A DNA stretch of 64,000 bases from Parachlamydiales bacterium (GCA_020051075.1 JAGVJP010000041.1:1-64000), one strand, 5' to 3'; positions 48,863-58,927 are shown, counted from the first letter of the stretch. A program made the numbers and translations. The notes: generated from the letters alone by a model not told the origin.

Positions 48863-49022
48863 AGTAAAAGCTATGGACTATCCTGCTCACAGAGATGTAT
48901 TATTGAAAAAATTTGGTTATCGCGTTAATTATTGCATTCGCTACTTCTTCTATAAAAACTCCTTGTTTCGAAAGGGGCAAATCTTCATACTTGACTGTTT
49001 ATGAATCAATCAAAAAACCCAT

Positions 49023-50819
49023 ATGTTTTCATCTTTTCAAAAACGGTTTTCATCTTTTACCTATCTAAATGCCACCCAGTTTCTGGGTGCTCTCAACGAC
49101 AACATTTATAAGCTTCTCATCGTCTATTTCTTTATTCAATTAGAAGGAATAGAACATAGCCACGAAATTTTGGCAGTGACTGGTGCGATCTTTGTCGTCC
49201 CTTTCCTCCTATTTTCGGCTTTCTCTGGAACGATGGCAGATCGCTTCAGTAAGAGAGATGTTATCGTGACAACAAAGATTTTAGAGCTTGTCATCATGGG
49301 TTTAGGGGTGTTAGCTTTCGCCCTTCAAAGTAAATTAGGTTCCTATGGAATCCTTTTTCTCTTAGCGACTCAAAGCGCTCTTTTTGGACCTTCGAAATAT
49401 GGGATTGTTCCTGAAATCGTTTCGACAGATAAAATCTCCAAAGCCAATGGTTTGATGACTTCTTTCACTTTTTTAGCCATCATCTTAGGAACATTTTTAG
49501 CCTCTTTTTTGATTCAGATTACAGGGCGAAATTTTATTATTTCTTCGATTTTCTGCACTTTTATTGCTCTTGTTGGACTCGTCACCAGCTTCTGCATCGA
49601 GCATACCCCCCCTTCTGGCTCTTCAAAGAAATTCCAGTTCTTTTTCATTCGACAAATTTGGAATACATTGGTTTTAACACGCCAATATGTTTCCCTATTA
49701 CCAGCTGTTATAGGCAGTGCTTACTTCCTCTTTGTCGGTGCCTTTATCCAATTGAATATCATCCCCTTTGCGGTACATTCTCTTGACCTCTCCGATATAC
49801 AAGGCGGCTATCTCTTCTTTTTAACAGCGCTAGGGATCGGGACTGGAGCGCTAATCGCTGGGAAAATTTCAGGGCGCATCGTCGAACTTGGATTGGTGCC
49901 TCTTGGTGCTTTGGGAATCTCAATCTGCTCTTTCCTCTTGTTCATTTTTGCGACTCATCTATGGGCTGTCATCTTCCTTGTGACATTATTAGGTGTTTTT
50001 GGTGGAATTTATGAGATCCCTCTCGACGCCTATATTCAAGTGACAAGTCCTAATCAATCTCGCGGTCAGGTTGTGGCAGCAGCAAATTTTCTCAGCTTCA
50101 TCGGCGTTCTATTTGCCTCTGGTTTGATCTATCTAAATTCTGAATTGTTTGGGATAACGCCTGATCAGGGTTTTCGATTAATTAGTTATTTCTCGTTTTT
50201 TATCATGGTGGTTTTCAGTTTTCAATTTTTTGATTATCTCACCCGATTCATTGCTTCAATTCTTTCGAAGCTCCATTTTTGCGCTGTTTCATCTGGCGTA
50301 GCCAATATCCCTGATTGTCCGGCGATCTATATCTGCACTCATACAGCATGGAACGATACCCTTCTCATATTGGGGTCGCAACGGCGGCGCGTTCGTTTTT
50401 TCATCGAACGTGAACAGGACCACTCTCCATGGATGAAGCGGTTATATAAACTTTTAAAAGTCGTTTTCATTCCAGATATCGAACCGCTCGAAAAGAATGA
50501 AAGCTGTTTGAATCAGATCCAAGAACTACTCAGAAAGGGAATTTCAGTTTGCATTTTTATTGAAAGCTGGAATGTCTATTCTGAGGTTGAGAAATTATAC
50601 CAATCAGCTCCTTTTAGTGAAATTTTGGAATCGGCGAATTACCCAATCATTCCAGTTCATATTGAAAAAGGAGATAGCCAGATGAAATATCCTTGGCTCA
50701 AGAATTTGGTCAATAAATTCCGCATCCCTGCTTCAATCGTATTTGGAAATATTGTGTATAGCGGTGACACCTGTGTGCTTGAATCTAAGCATGAGCATGA
50801 ATACGACTTCGAAGATTAA
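49023..50819 (+). CDS. MFS transporter (LplT-like) fused to a degenerate acyltransferase domain (Aas-like)
   Basis: TQFLGALNDN, ADRFSKR, QSALFGPSKYG; C-terminal THTAWND (HxxxxD). Confidence 0.85.
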   Translation: MFSSFQKRFSSFTYLNATQFLGALNDNIYKLLIVYFFIQLEGIEHSHEILAVTGAIFVVPFLLFSAFSGTMADRFSKRDVIVTTKILELVIMGLGVLAFALQSKLGSYGILFLLATQSALFGPSKYGIVPEIVSTDKISKANGLMTSFTFLAIILGTFLASFLIQITGRNFIISSIFCTFIALVGLVTSFCIEHTPPSGSSKKFQFFFIRQIWNTLVLTRQYVSLLPAVIGSAYFLFVGAFIQLNIIPFAVHSLDLSDIQGGYLFFLTALGIGTGALIAGKISGRIVELGLVPLGALGISICSFLLFIFATHLWAVIFLVTLLGVFGGIYEIPLDAYIQVTSPNQSRGQVVAAANFLSFIGVLFASGLIYLNSELFGITPDQGFRLISYFSFFIMVVFSFQFFDYLTRFIASILSKLHFCAVSSGVANIPDCPAIYICTHTAWNDTLLILGSQRRRVRFFIEREQDHSPWMKRLYKLLKVVFIPDIEPLEKNESCLNQIQELLRKGISVCIFIESWNVYSEVEKLYQSAPFSEILESANYPIIPVHIEKGDSQMKYPWLKNLVNKFRIPASIVFGNIVYSGDTCVLESKHEHEYDFED

Positions 50820-50884
50820 AACTGATCAGTCCACTCACTATTCACGATGAACAGGATTGGCAAGGTGAAATTGCAACTTCCCAA

Positions 50885-50996
50885 GATACAAAAACAGGAT
50901 AGGCAAGATCGCTGCGCGGCAAGATAGGCAGGATAAGGTTCTTATCATCCTGCCTATCTAGCCGCGCAGCGATCTTGCCTATCCTGTTTTTGTATC
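50885..50996. repeat. CAGGATA-family inverted repeat between convergent genes
   Basis: Arms 50885-50934 and 50947-50996 (50 bp, 1 mismatch). Confidence 0.95.
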
Positions 50997-51006
50997 CTGT
51001 TACAGA

Positions 51007-51660
51007 TCACAATGCAGGGGAGAAATAGCGGTCGTAGGTATATGTGCTTGGACTCTTTGGTGGGTTAGGATTGTCTCTTTGCTCAATATAAGGGATGTCA
51101 GCTTGACGTTTGAGAAGGGCTAACTCACGGCTTTTAAAATAGGGTTCAAAGCGGTCATGCGACCAATCGATGCTGATGAGGGAAGGGTCTTTTCGATCAA
51201 ACGCATAAAAATGAGAGCAGCCGGCCTGCAACCATACTAAGCCGACATATTGCTCGTCAACGAATCGTCCGTAATAGCTTTGAAAATCGATTTTCACATC
51301 GAGATTGAGGGCTGTGAAGGGGTATTGATTCAATTCAAAACTGAGGATGGTGTGATTATTCAGTCGATAGAGAAAGTCTTCTACAAGTTCGACGAGGATC
51401 AATCTTGCATCATAAACTGTTAAAAGTCTTTGCGATGAATAGCGGAGGCAAATCTTTGAAATATTGTCGTCATAAGCTGCCCATGAGTCTTCTAGCTCCA
51501 GATGCTTTTCTATTTTCATCTTTGTAGAGAAGTTGATGACTAATCGAGAGAGTTCTTCTGAGTCGATTTTTTTCACCCATGGCCCTTCAGGGACAATGCG
51601 GGTTTGACAGCTCACTAAAAGAGTGCCTAAGAACATAAGTATAATAGCGATTTTATGCAT
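51007..51660 (-). CDS. Hypothetical lipoprotein
   Basis: Lipobox LVSC after a hydrophobic leader; ARLILVELVEDFL..LN. Confidence 0.75.
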   Translation of the reverse strand: MHKIAIILMFLGTLLVSCQTRIVPEGPWVKKIDSEELSRLVINFSTKMKIEKHLELEDSWAAYDDNISKICLRYSSQRLLTVYDARLILVELVEDFLYRLNNHTILSFELNQYPFTALNLDVKIDFQSYYGRFVDEQYVGLVWLQAGCSHFYAFDRKDPSLISIDWSHDRFEPYFKSRELALLKRQADIPYIEQRDNPNPPKSPSTYTYDRYFSPAL

Positions 51661-51771
51661 GAGAAATTCTGCTCCCGTTTTTTATTCATCCATCAGATCT
51701 CAGATCCTGTAAAGGGAAGTTAATCGAAGTGGGAAAATAAAAAAATAAAAAAATGCAGATTGCAGCATTCT

Positions 51772-51856
51772 CACTATCCTGCCCTATCTTTCCTATCCTC
51801 CCCATCCTGTCAATTTTACAGGATGGGGAGGATAGGAAAGATAGGGCAGGATAGTG
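51772..51856. repeat. CAGGATA-family perfect hairpin
   Basis: 39-bp perfect arms (51772-51810 and 51818-51856) with a 7-nt loop. Confidence 0.97.
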
Positions 51857-51943
51857 TGTTACTCAGGAGTGCGGAAGCCTTCTTCTGTCCGAGGGAGCAG
51901 TGTTGGCAGAACCGGTGAGTTGAGTCTTCTAGCCAGGGTTATC

Positions 51944-52456
51944 CTATTGCTGGACAGGAGGATATTGCTCGAGAACGTCTGCTGCAAATTCTGCACGTAA
52001 TTCTTCCACAAGAGGGTCAAGGTGCTCAAGAGAGGCAAGTTCGAAAAATCGAGTTGTTTCTGCAGGACTAGTGGACTTGCTCATCAAACCGGTGAGAGTT
52101 TTTAATTCCACAATCTCTGGATCGAGGAAGTATTTGCCAACTTTTGTGGCGAGGTGCGCAAGGATGTTTTGAGCGATCACGTTGGTTCCCTGTTCGAGCG
52201 CATTTCTTTTTGCAGAACGTTCTGGGTTTTCATTATATGTTTTAATAAATTCTGCAAGGTATTCATTAATTTCGAGCAATTTCTCATCAAGATTTTCTGG
52301 AGTTATCGTACTAGCAATGGGTGCATAACCTGGCAATATTTGATAAACCGTAGCCAAGAAAACTTTAGTCTTATAGCCTTCTATTCTATCATTAATTTGT
52401 GTTTGGACTTCTGGATTGTAAACTGTTTTAAAAGGTACTCCTGCTACGTTTGCCAT
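51944..52456 (-). CDS. Hypothetical protein (paralog of 52740-53219)
   Basis: 170 aa, AGGGG RBS. Confidence 0.7.
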   Translation of the reverse strand: MANVAGVPFKTVYNPEVQTQINDRIEGYKTKVFLATVYQILPGYAPIASTITPENLDEKLLEINEYLAEFIKTYNENPERSAKRNALEQGTNVIAQNILAHLATKVGKYFLDPEIVELKTLTGLMSKSTSPAETTRFFELASLEHLDPLVEELRAEFAADVLEQYPPVQQ

Positions 52457-52560
52457 TTTATTCCCCTGTTATTTTTTTTGTTTAAAAATGTTTATAACAT
52501 ATTTAGTGTGTTTTTGTCAACTAAATTCTGTTTTTTGAAAGAGTGATTGCGAAAGTCTTT

Positions 52561-52712
52561 ATGGACTATATGGACAGGAATGGACTATATGGACAGGAAT
52601 GGACTGTATAGACGAGACAAAATAGACAGGAGTTGAATTCGAATGATTGATCATAAAACATGTTCATAATGAGTCCATTTTCGTCCATACAGTCCATGCC
52701 CATTGTCCATAT
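52561..52712. repeat. TGGAC-unit inverted repeat, copy 2
   Basis: ATGGACTATATGGACAGGA x2 plus a degenerate third; opposing GTCCAT units at 52672-52712. Confidence 0.85.
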
Positions 52713-52739
52713 CGAGTTTTGTAAGACCTCTCTCAAAAT

Positions 52740-53219
52740 TTATTCGAAGATCTTGTCTAGGGTCTGCTCGGTGAAATTAGCATTCAGATGGTCGACGAGA
52801 TGATGAGTGTCATCGATTGACTGGATCTGGAAAAAGGCGATGACATCATCCGGTGATGTGAATTTTGCTAAAATTCCGATAATGGCCGGACTTATCGTTT
52901 TAGTGAATTGCATTCCGACACGGCTGGCAACTTGGTCGAGGACTTTTGTAAATAAGGGGTTTTTTATCACCTCTTGCAATACTCTCTTGTTATCCTCAGA
53001 AACAGTCATTTTCATAAAATTGGTGAAATCGGTCCTCGTTTTTTCTGATATTTCCGGAGGAATTTTATGCGATAAAAGTTCTTTATTAGATTTAAATCCT
53101 TCACGGAGTAAAGTTGCAATTTTTACGACAATCACATCTTCTGTGGCTTTAATCGCATTTTCCACTTGTTCTTTGATTACTGGATCGATAGTAGCGGCAC
53201 TTTTAGTTGTTTTTGGCAT
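52740..53219 (-). CDS. Hypothetical protein (paralog of 51944-52456)
   Basis: AGGAG before ATG 53219. Confidence 0.7.
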   Translation of the reverse strand: MPKTTKSAATIDPVIKEQVENAIKATEDVIVVKIATLLREGFKSNKELLSHKIPPEISEKTRTDFTNFMKMTVSEDNKRVLQEVIKNPLFTKVLDQVASRVGMQFTKTISPAIIGILAKFTSPDDVIAFFQIQSIDDTHHLVDHLNANFTEQTLDKIFE

Positions 53220-53271
53220 AAAACTCTCCTTTGTTTCATTAATCAGCCTCATTCTTCATTATATACATTCA

Positions 53272-54234
53272 TTATTTTAATCGGAAGAAATCTCGGAACC
53301 ACGAGATAAATTGCCCAATTCCTTCTTCGAGAGTCACCTTTGGGATAAATCCAAGTTTTTCCGTGCTCTCCGTAATGTCAGCAAAAGTGGCGACAACATC
53401 GCCGGGTTGGTGAGGTAAGAAGATTTTATGAGCTTTTCGGTTCAATCCATTTTCCAACAAAGAGATGAGAGTGGAAAGTTCTTCTGGGTGATGGTGGCCC
53501 AGATTGAAAATTTCATGGGGGTAAGCTCGGTCTACTGCTGCTCCGATTCCAACAACAATGTCATCGATGTAAGTAAAATCGCGCTTCATTTGTCCGTGGT
53601 TATAGATTTCAATCGGTTGATTTTCCATGATTGCTCGAGCAAACATGAAATAGGCCATATCCGGCCGTCCCCATGGACCATATACCGTGAAAAAACGTAA
53701 GCCAGTGACGTTGATGCCGTACAAATGGTGGTAAGTTTGAGCCATCAATTCATTGGTTTTTTTCGTTACCCCATACAAACTTGCTTGCCTGTCTGTCCGG
53801 TCCTGAACTGAAAAAGGGGCGGTGTCATTCAATCCATATACTGATGAGGATGAGGCATAGATGAGAGGAATGTCAGGATTGTTTCGACAAACTTCTAGGA
53901 TATTGAGAAATCCTTTAATATTAGCTTCTAAATAGGCGTGAGGGTTTTTTAAAGAATATCGGACGCCTGCTTGTGCGGCTAGGTGAACCAGATGGGTGAT
54001 TTTGTGATCTCGAACGGCAGCCTGCAGGGCATCCTCGTTGCAGATATCCTCTTTGATGATGTCTATCCCTTCAAGAGCTAGCAGCGAGGCTCGATTTTGC
54101 TTGAGAAGCGGATCGTAATAATCATTAAAGTTATCATAACCCAAAAGGAAATCACCTCTTCTCTTGAGGAAAAGTGCTGTATGGAATCCAATAAATCCAG
54201 CTGCGCCAGTGAGTAAAATTCTCTTTTGTTTCAT
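53272..54234 (-). CDS. UDP-glucuronate 4-epimerase-like NAD-dependent epimerase
   Basis: TGAAGFIG, HLAAQAGVRYS, YASSSSVYG, YGVTK, RFFTVYGPWGRPDMAY. Confidence 0.92.
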   Translation of the reverse strand: MKQKRILLTGAAGFIGFHTALFLKRRGDFLLGYDNFNDYYDPLLKQNRASLLALEGIDIIKEDICNEDALQAAVRDHKITHLVHLAAQAGVRYSLKNPHAYLEANIKGFLNILEVCRNNPDIPLIYASSSSVYGLNDTAPFSVQDRTDRQASLYGVTKKTNELMAQTYHHLYGINVTGLRFFTVYGPWGRPDMAYFMFARAIMENQPIEIYNHGQMKRDFTYIDDIVVGIGAAVDRAYPHEIFNLGHHHPEELSTLISLLENGLNRKAHKIFLPHQPGDVVATFADITESTEKLGFIPKVTLEEGIGQFISWFRDFFRLK

Positions 54235-55058
54235 TCTTTCTGGTTAACTCCAATGAGGGCAAGCAATCTGTCGAGATCATCATAACCATAATAGTCGAGA
54301 GTGATTCGACCTCGTTTTCCTTTGGCTTGAATTGAGACTTTTGTTCCTAACTGCTCTCGCAGCTGTGCTGCTAACTGTTCTAGATAAAAATTCCTCGGCG
54401 CATAGCTCAATTTCTGTTTGACAGCCTTTTCTGCTATGCGGGCAGCCCCTTTTTCTGCTTCTCTGACAGAAAGATCGTCGCGCAGGATGAGTTCATGCAA
54501 TAAGAGCTGTTTTTCTTCCTCTTCCAATGAAAGAATCGCTTTGGCATGGCCCATGGTGATGAGCTCTTTTGACACGCTCTCTTGAATGACTGGTGGGAGT
54601 GTTAACAACCGAAGGTAATTGGCGATTGTCGATCGTTTTTTTCCAAGCCGGCTTGCTATCGTCTCTTGATTCAAGTTGAATTCGCTCATCAGTTGCCGTA
54701 ATGCCTTGGCTATTTCTAGGGCATTGAGATCGACGCGTTGAATGTTCTCAATCAGCGCCGCTTCTGCCGAGGTTGAGTGGTTCGTTTTTCGAACGAATAC
54801 AGGGATTGCTGTCAACCCCGCGAGCTGTGCTGCACGAAAACGGCGTTCGCCAGAGACCAATTCATAGAGCGCTGAATCTGGAAGTGGGCGAACAAGGGGA
54901 GGGTGAATGAGTCCGACTGATCGGATCGATTGGGCGAGCTCTTCTAGATCTTCTGGTTTGAAGATTCGCCTTGGTTGATAAGGATTCAATACAATCTGCT
55001 CAACAGGGACAAGTTTTAGCTCTTCTTGCAAAAGAAAATTGGCAGTTTCAGGGATCAT
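54231..55058 (-). CDS. parB: Chromosome partitioning protein ParB
   Basis: NPYQPR, GERRFRAA, ENIQRVDLN, RSTIANYLRLL, GHAKAIL. Confidence 0.95.
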   Translation of the reverse strand: MIPETANFLLQEELKLVPVEQIVLNPYQPRRIFKPEDLEELAQSIRSVGLIHPPLVRPLPDSALYELVSGERRFRAAQLAGLTAIPVFVRKTNHSTSAEAALIENIQRVDLNALEIAKALRQLMSEFNLNQETIASRLGKKRSTIANYLRLLTLPPVIQESVSKELITMGHAKAILSLEEEEKQLLLHELILRDDLSVREAEKGAARIAEKAVKQKLSYAPRNFYLEQLAAQLREQLGTKVSIQAKGKRGRITLDYYGYDDLDRLLALIGVNQKE

Positions 55059-55233
55059 ATCTCAATATCTCAAAGAATTTGGTGAAAAATATTAGCTATT
55101 TTATTATGATTTTTTTAAATTATCTCGACTTTGTATAATTTTAAGCAAGCGTTTGCTCGCTTAGACTGTTGAACGCAATACCGTGTGCGGGCAAAACCAT
55201 GCTTGTAGATGGGACAACAATGGATATCAAAAT

Positions 55234-55995
55234 ATGGGAAAAACATCACGACCTTCATCGTTAAATATTATCGACGCCTCTGATGAGTGGACTTCTCACC
55301 CTGCTGTCGAATGGTTAAGTGCGAATAAGCAGATTATTCTCTGGGGTTTTCTCGCCCTTCTGCTGCTGCTGATCGGTGCTTATCGATTCATTTCGCACTC
55401 TAATCATCAAGCTGAAAATGACTATTATCGTGCAGAGACTGTTTTTGCACAATTCCAAAAGGAAACTTTTGGAGGAAATGAGGAATCAGCTGCAGCAAGT
55501 CTAAAAGAGTTGGAAGCGATTATCGAACGGCATCCCGAACTTAAAGCTAAATATGAAGGACAACTCGCTCAAGATCTTTTAATAGCAGGTAAGGCAGTTC
55601 AGGCGACTCCTTTGGCGGAAGAGGTTTTTAAGCGGACCCTTGCAGATGCCATTCAACTTTATCAAGATTATTCGGTTGCCACTCTTCTGATCAGTGAGAA
55701 TCAATATGAAAAGGCTTTGCAACAAACTCAGCAACTCCAACAACATCTGAGTCAATTTGTTAATGAGAAGAGTTTCGAAAACCTATTTGCCTATAATTTT
55801 CTACGGTTGGCAATGCTGCATCAACAGCTTGGACATTCCGAAGAGGAATTAAAAGTCTGGGAGACTATAGAGAGTCTTCCAATTAATTTAAAAAATGTCT
55901 TAGAAAGTACTCAAGGCCAGACATTCAATCAAGGGAAAGGTTCCCTCGCTGATTACATCAATCAACGGAAAAAAGCCTTAAAAACAGCAAGATAG
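55234..55995 (+). CDS. Membrane-anchored TPR-like hypothetical protein
   Basis: Single N-terminal TM then helical repeats; 3' end lies in a repeat. Confidence 0.7.
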   Translation: MGKTSRPSSLNIIDASDEWTSHPAVEWLSANKQIILWGFLALLLLLIGAYRFISHSNHQAENDYYRAETVFAQFQKETFGGNEESAAASLKELEAIIERHPELKAKYEGQLAQDLLIAGKAVQATPLAEEVFKRTLADAIQLYQDYSVATLLISENQYEKALQQTQQLQQHLSQFVNEKSFENLFAYNFLRLAMLHQQLGHSEEELKVWETIESLPINLKNVLESTQGQTFNQGKGSLADYINQRKKALKTAR

Positions 55996-56215
55996 GTAGG
56001 ATGGTAACTTCTCAGAATTAAAGAACAGGATAGGCAGGATCGCAAGCGGCAGGATAAGCAGGATAAAGATAGATAATGAATGATGGGAAGCTGAAATTAA
56101 TTTTTCTCTTTTTAAACCTTTTCCTGATTTTTCCTAATCATCTTGCTTATCCTGCCGCTTGCGATCCTGCTTATCCTGTTTTGTCCCTTTTGTCTTATCC
56201 TATTCATCTTGTTTT
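55981..56215. repeat. CAGGATA-family element
   Basis: Arms 56024-56064 and 56140-56180 (41 bp, 2 mismatches). Confidence 0.92.
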
Positions 56216-56551
56216 GGAAGGGGAGTAGTATATGATTGCGAATTAATTTTTTGGATGATAAATATTATCCTGTAGAATTGTTGAATTTGTTCTTTCTTTG
56301 TTTTGAGTCATTTGGCTTAAAATAAAATAAGAGCAGAACATATCCCAAAGGGTGGAACGATGGAGCCGAAAGGGAGGTGACATTAGACTATATAGACAGA
56401 GCTCGAAGCCACAAAGATTGGGATTTTTTTGGAAAATATGAATAAAGTGATGAAAAAGAGTGTTTAGACAGACAAGTTTTCTTCAAAAAAAGAAGACGTC
56501 TGTTTCTAAGCACAGTTAAAACTACCTTTGTAAGGTAGATGGAGATTAGTT

Positions 56552-56719
56552 GTGAGCAAATTGAATCGCTCGCTCGTTCTCGAAAATCTTCAAGAACAAA
56601 ATATTGCTCTTGAAGAACTGTTTCCAGGACGACATCTATCTATCAGTAGTGTGGAAGTTGAAGAACAAATGATTACAGAAATTGTGAAAATCAGCGGAAG
56701 CATTACCGTTTCTTTCTAA
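56552..56719 (+). CDS. Putative 55-aa small protein
   Basis: GGAG 7 nt before GTG; MSKLNRSLVLENLQEQNIALEELFPGRHLSISSVEVEEQMITEIVKISGSITVSF; followed by hairpin GGCAGCTC-tctt-GAGCTGCC. Confidence 0.5.
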   Translation: MSKLNRSLVLENLQEQNIALEELFPGRHLSISSVEVEEQMITEIVKISGSITVSF

Positions 56720-56774
56720 ATGAAAGAATAAACACGTGTGGGGCAGCTCTCTTGAGCTGCCTCCTCTGTTTAAT

Positions 56775-56840
56775 CTTAATCTTGATCTTAATCTGTTCAG
56801 GGCAAAATGTGTGAATGAACAGATTAAGATCAAGATCAAG
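56775..56840. repeat. AAGATT/AATCTT-unit inverted repeat
   Basis: Arms 56775-56799 and 56816-56840 (25 bp, 1 mismatch) built of hexamers. Confidence 0.85.
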
Positions 56841-56849
56841 CTTTTTGTG

Positions 56850-57860
56850 TTAAAGTGTTAACACAGCAGACCCGGAGATCTTCCCTCGCTTTAAGTCATC
56901 AATTGCTTCATTTGCCTTGTCTAATGGATAGGGTGTGACTTTTGTCTCTATTTTGACATGTTTTAATAAATCAAAGAATAGTAGGCCATCTTCCCTAGTT
57001 AAATTCGTCACCGAACGTAGAATTCTCTCTCCATACAGGATGGAATAGGGGAAGGATGGAATGTCTGACATGTGAATTCCCGCACAGATGACAGACCCTC
57101 CCTTTTTAACTGCTTGCAGGGCTAGTGGGACGAGTTCTCCAGCAGAAGCAAAGATCAGCGCCGCGTCAAGTAGTTGAGGAGGCGTTTCGTCTGAATCTCC
57201 TGTCCAAACAGCTCCAAGGCTTTCTGCAAAAAGCTTTGCTTCCTTATCACCCTTTCTTGTAAAAGCGAAGACTTCCTGATTTTGGCTGCGGGTGATTTGG
57301 ATGAGGAGGTGCGCTGCAGCGCCAAATCCATAGAAACCCAGCCGTTTGACATTGGCTCCAGCTAAGCGAAGTGAGCGAAAACCAATCAATCCTGCGCAGA
57401 GAAGAGGTGCTGCATGGATAGATGGGTAGGAAGAGGGGATAGGGAAAATGAAGTTCTCATCGGCAAGGCAATATTCTGCAAATCCACCATTTAAGGTATA
57501 GCCTGTATAGGAAGCATTATCGCAGAGGTTTTCTTGGTTCGCTAGACAATAAGGGCATTGGCCGCAACTTCTGCCTAGCCATGGGATACCTATCCGTGTT
57601 CCAATTGGAAAACGGTCCGCATGAGGGCCCTTAGCGGCAATCGTTCCAATAACTTGGTGCCCTGGGATGAGGGGGAGCTTGGGGTGGGGCAATTCTCCGT
57701 CATAGATATGCAAATCAGTGCGGCAGATTCCGCATGCCTCCACTTGGATGAGCACTTGTCCGTTTTCAGTCGGTGCAGGAATCGCAACATCCAAAAGCTG
57801 TAATGGCTGGTGAGGACATTGTAGAACCATAGCGCGCATGAGGTCACCTACTTCTGGCAT
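56850..57860 (-). CDS. Zinc-dependent alcohol dehydrogenase family protein
   Basis: CGICRTDLH, PGHQ, CGQCPYC..ENLC, APLLCAGLIG, GFGAAAH. Confidence 0.92.
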   Translation of the reverse strand: MPEVGDLMRAMVLQCPHQPLQLLDVAIPAPTENGQVLIQVEACGICRTDLHIYDGELPHPKLPLIPGHQVIGTIAAKGPHADRFPIGTRIGIPWLGRSCGQCPYCLANQENLCDNASYTGYTLNGGFAEYCLADENFIFPIPSSYPSIHAAPLLCAGLIGFRSLRLAGANVKRLGFYGFGAAAHLLIQITRSQNQEVFAFTRKGDKEAKLFAESLGAVWTGDSDETPPQLLDAALIFASAGELVPLALQAVKKGGSVICAGIHMSDIPSFPYSILYGERILRSVTNLTREDGLLFFDLLKHVKIETKVTPYPLDKANEAIDDLKRGKISGSAVLTL

Positions 57861-58910
57861 CTATTTTTGATTAGATATTGGTATGATCATATTGTAGCTA
57901 TTATACCCTGTTTGAAATCCAAGAAGAGTCGGTTGGAGCTGGCTGATAAAGCGATTCCAATCGGTGATTCTTCTTTCTGCGATATACACGACATCGCCCT
58001 CCATAAGCAAGAGAGAATTGTTTGGAACGGTTCTAATCTCTTGCCAGCTCAGATGGTAGATTTTTGGTCGTTTGAAATTTCCTCTAATCACATAGATCCC
58101 GCAATCACTCCCTGTAAAAGGGATGCCAGAAGCATGGGCGATAGCATCTCTCAAAGGGACAAAGCCGTGAGGCAATGGATAGACAATGGGATGATGAACC
58201 TCTCCCATGACCATGACAACTGAATCACGAGCTTGAGCGATATAAATTTTATCACCTCCTCGCATCACAATATTTTGGGAGTCGTCTCCTTCAACAATAA
58301 GTTTATTCAGGTCGATAGGAAGTTGACACCCTTTTCGCAAAACATAGCTTTTAAAGTAATTTGCATTGATAGGCAGTTTTGCTTTAGCGATAACTTCGCT
58401 CAGACGCACTTTTCCATCTACTTCGACAAAAGGAATTTTTGCACCGATGATTTGTACATACCGTGTTTTTCTTTTTTTGAAATCCACGAAAATTTGTGCA
58501 TCGGGGAGCTGTTCTTGATAGTTTGATTCGATGACTGATCGTGCCTGATTTAAGGTTAAGCCACGAACATCAATGGGCGGCAACTCTGGAAGGCATAATT
58601 GGTGATTAGAGATTGTATAGCCAGAATGATCGTTGATAATTTGAAGGTTTCTCACCCGATCAGGCCGATTTGGGCAATAGAGGACGATCGAGAGGATATC
58701 TCCGTCGATCAGTTCTATTTCATAAGGCTCAAGCGTGGATTTTAGGCAGTGATTAAGCTTACTCTCTTCCATCTGCTGTATGGATTGCTTCCCTTGATAA
58801 ATGAGAGAGGAGTCTGAAATAAACTCATCAATTCCGTACGTTGTGTCACTGTAAGGCAATGGGGTACAAGAAGTTAAAAATATAACAAAAATTATCAAAA
58901 GTATGTGCAT
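57861..58910 (-). CDS. wza: Polysaccharide export outer-membrane lipoprotein (Wza-like)
   Basis: Lipobox LTSC, GDILSI, SLBB-like VMGEV, GDVVYI, WNRFISQLQPT. Confidence 0.8.
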   Translation of the reverse strand: MHILLIIFVIFLTSCTPLPYSDTTYGIDEFISDSSLIYQGKQSIQQMEESKLNHCLKSTLEPYEIELIDGDILSIVLYCPNRPDRVRNLQIINDHSGYTISNHQLCLPELPPIDVRGLTLNQARSVIESNYQEQLPDAQIFVDFKKRKTRYVQIIGAKIPFVEVDGKVRLSEVIAKAKLPINANYFKSYVLRKGCQLPIDLNKLIVEGDDSQNIVMRGGDKIYIAQARDSVVMVMGEVHHPIVYPLPHGFVPLRDAIAHASGIPFTGSDCGIYVIRGNFKRPKIYHLSWQEIRTVPNNSLLLMEGDVVYIAERRITDWNRFISQLQPTLLGFQTGYNSYNMIIPISNQK

Positions 58911-58927
58911 ATGCGTATAGCGTCTTT

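Noticed and set aside
54231..55058. parB without adjacent parA as an anomaly
   Set aside because: Separation of parA and parB is ordinary in chlamydial chromosomes.
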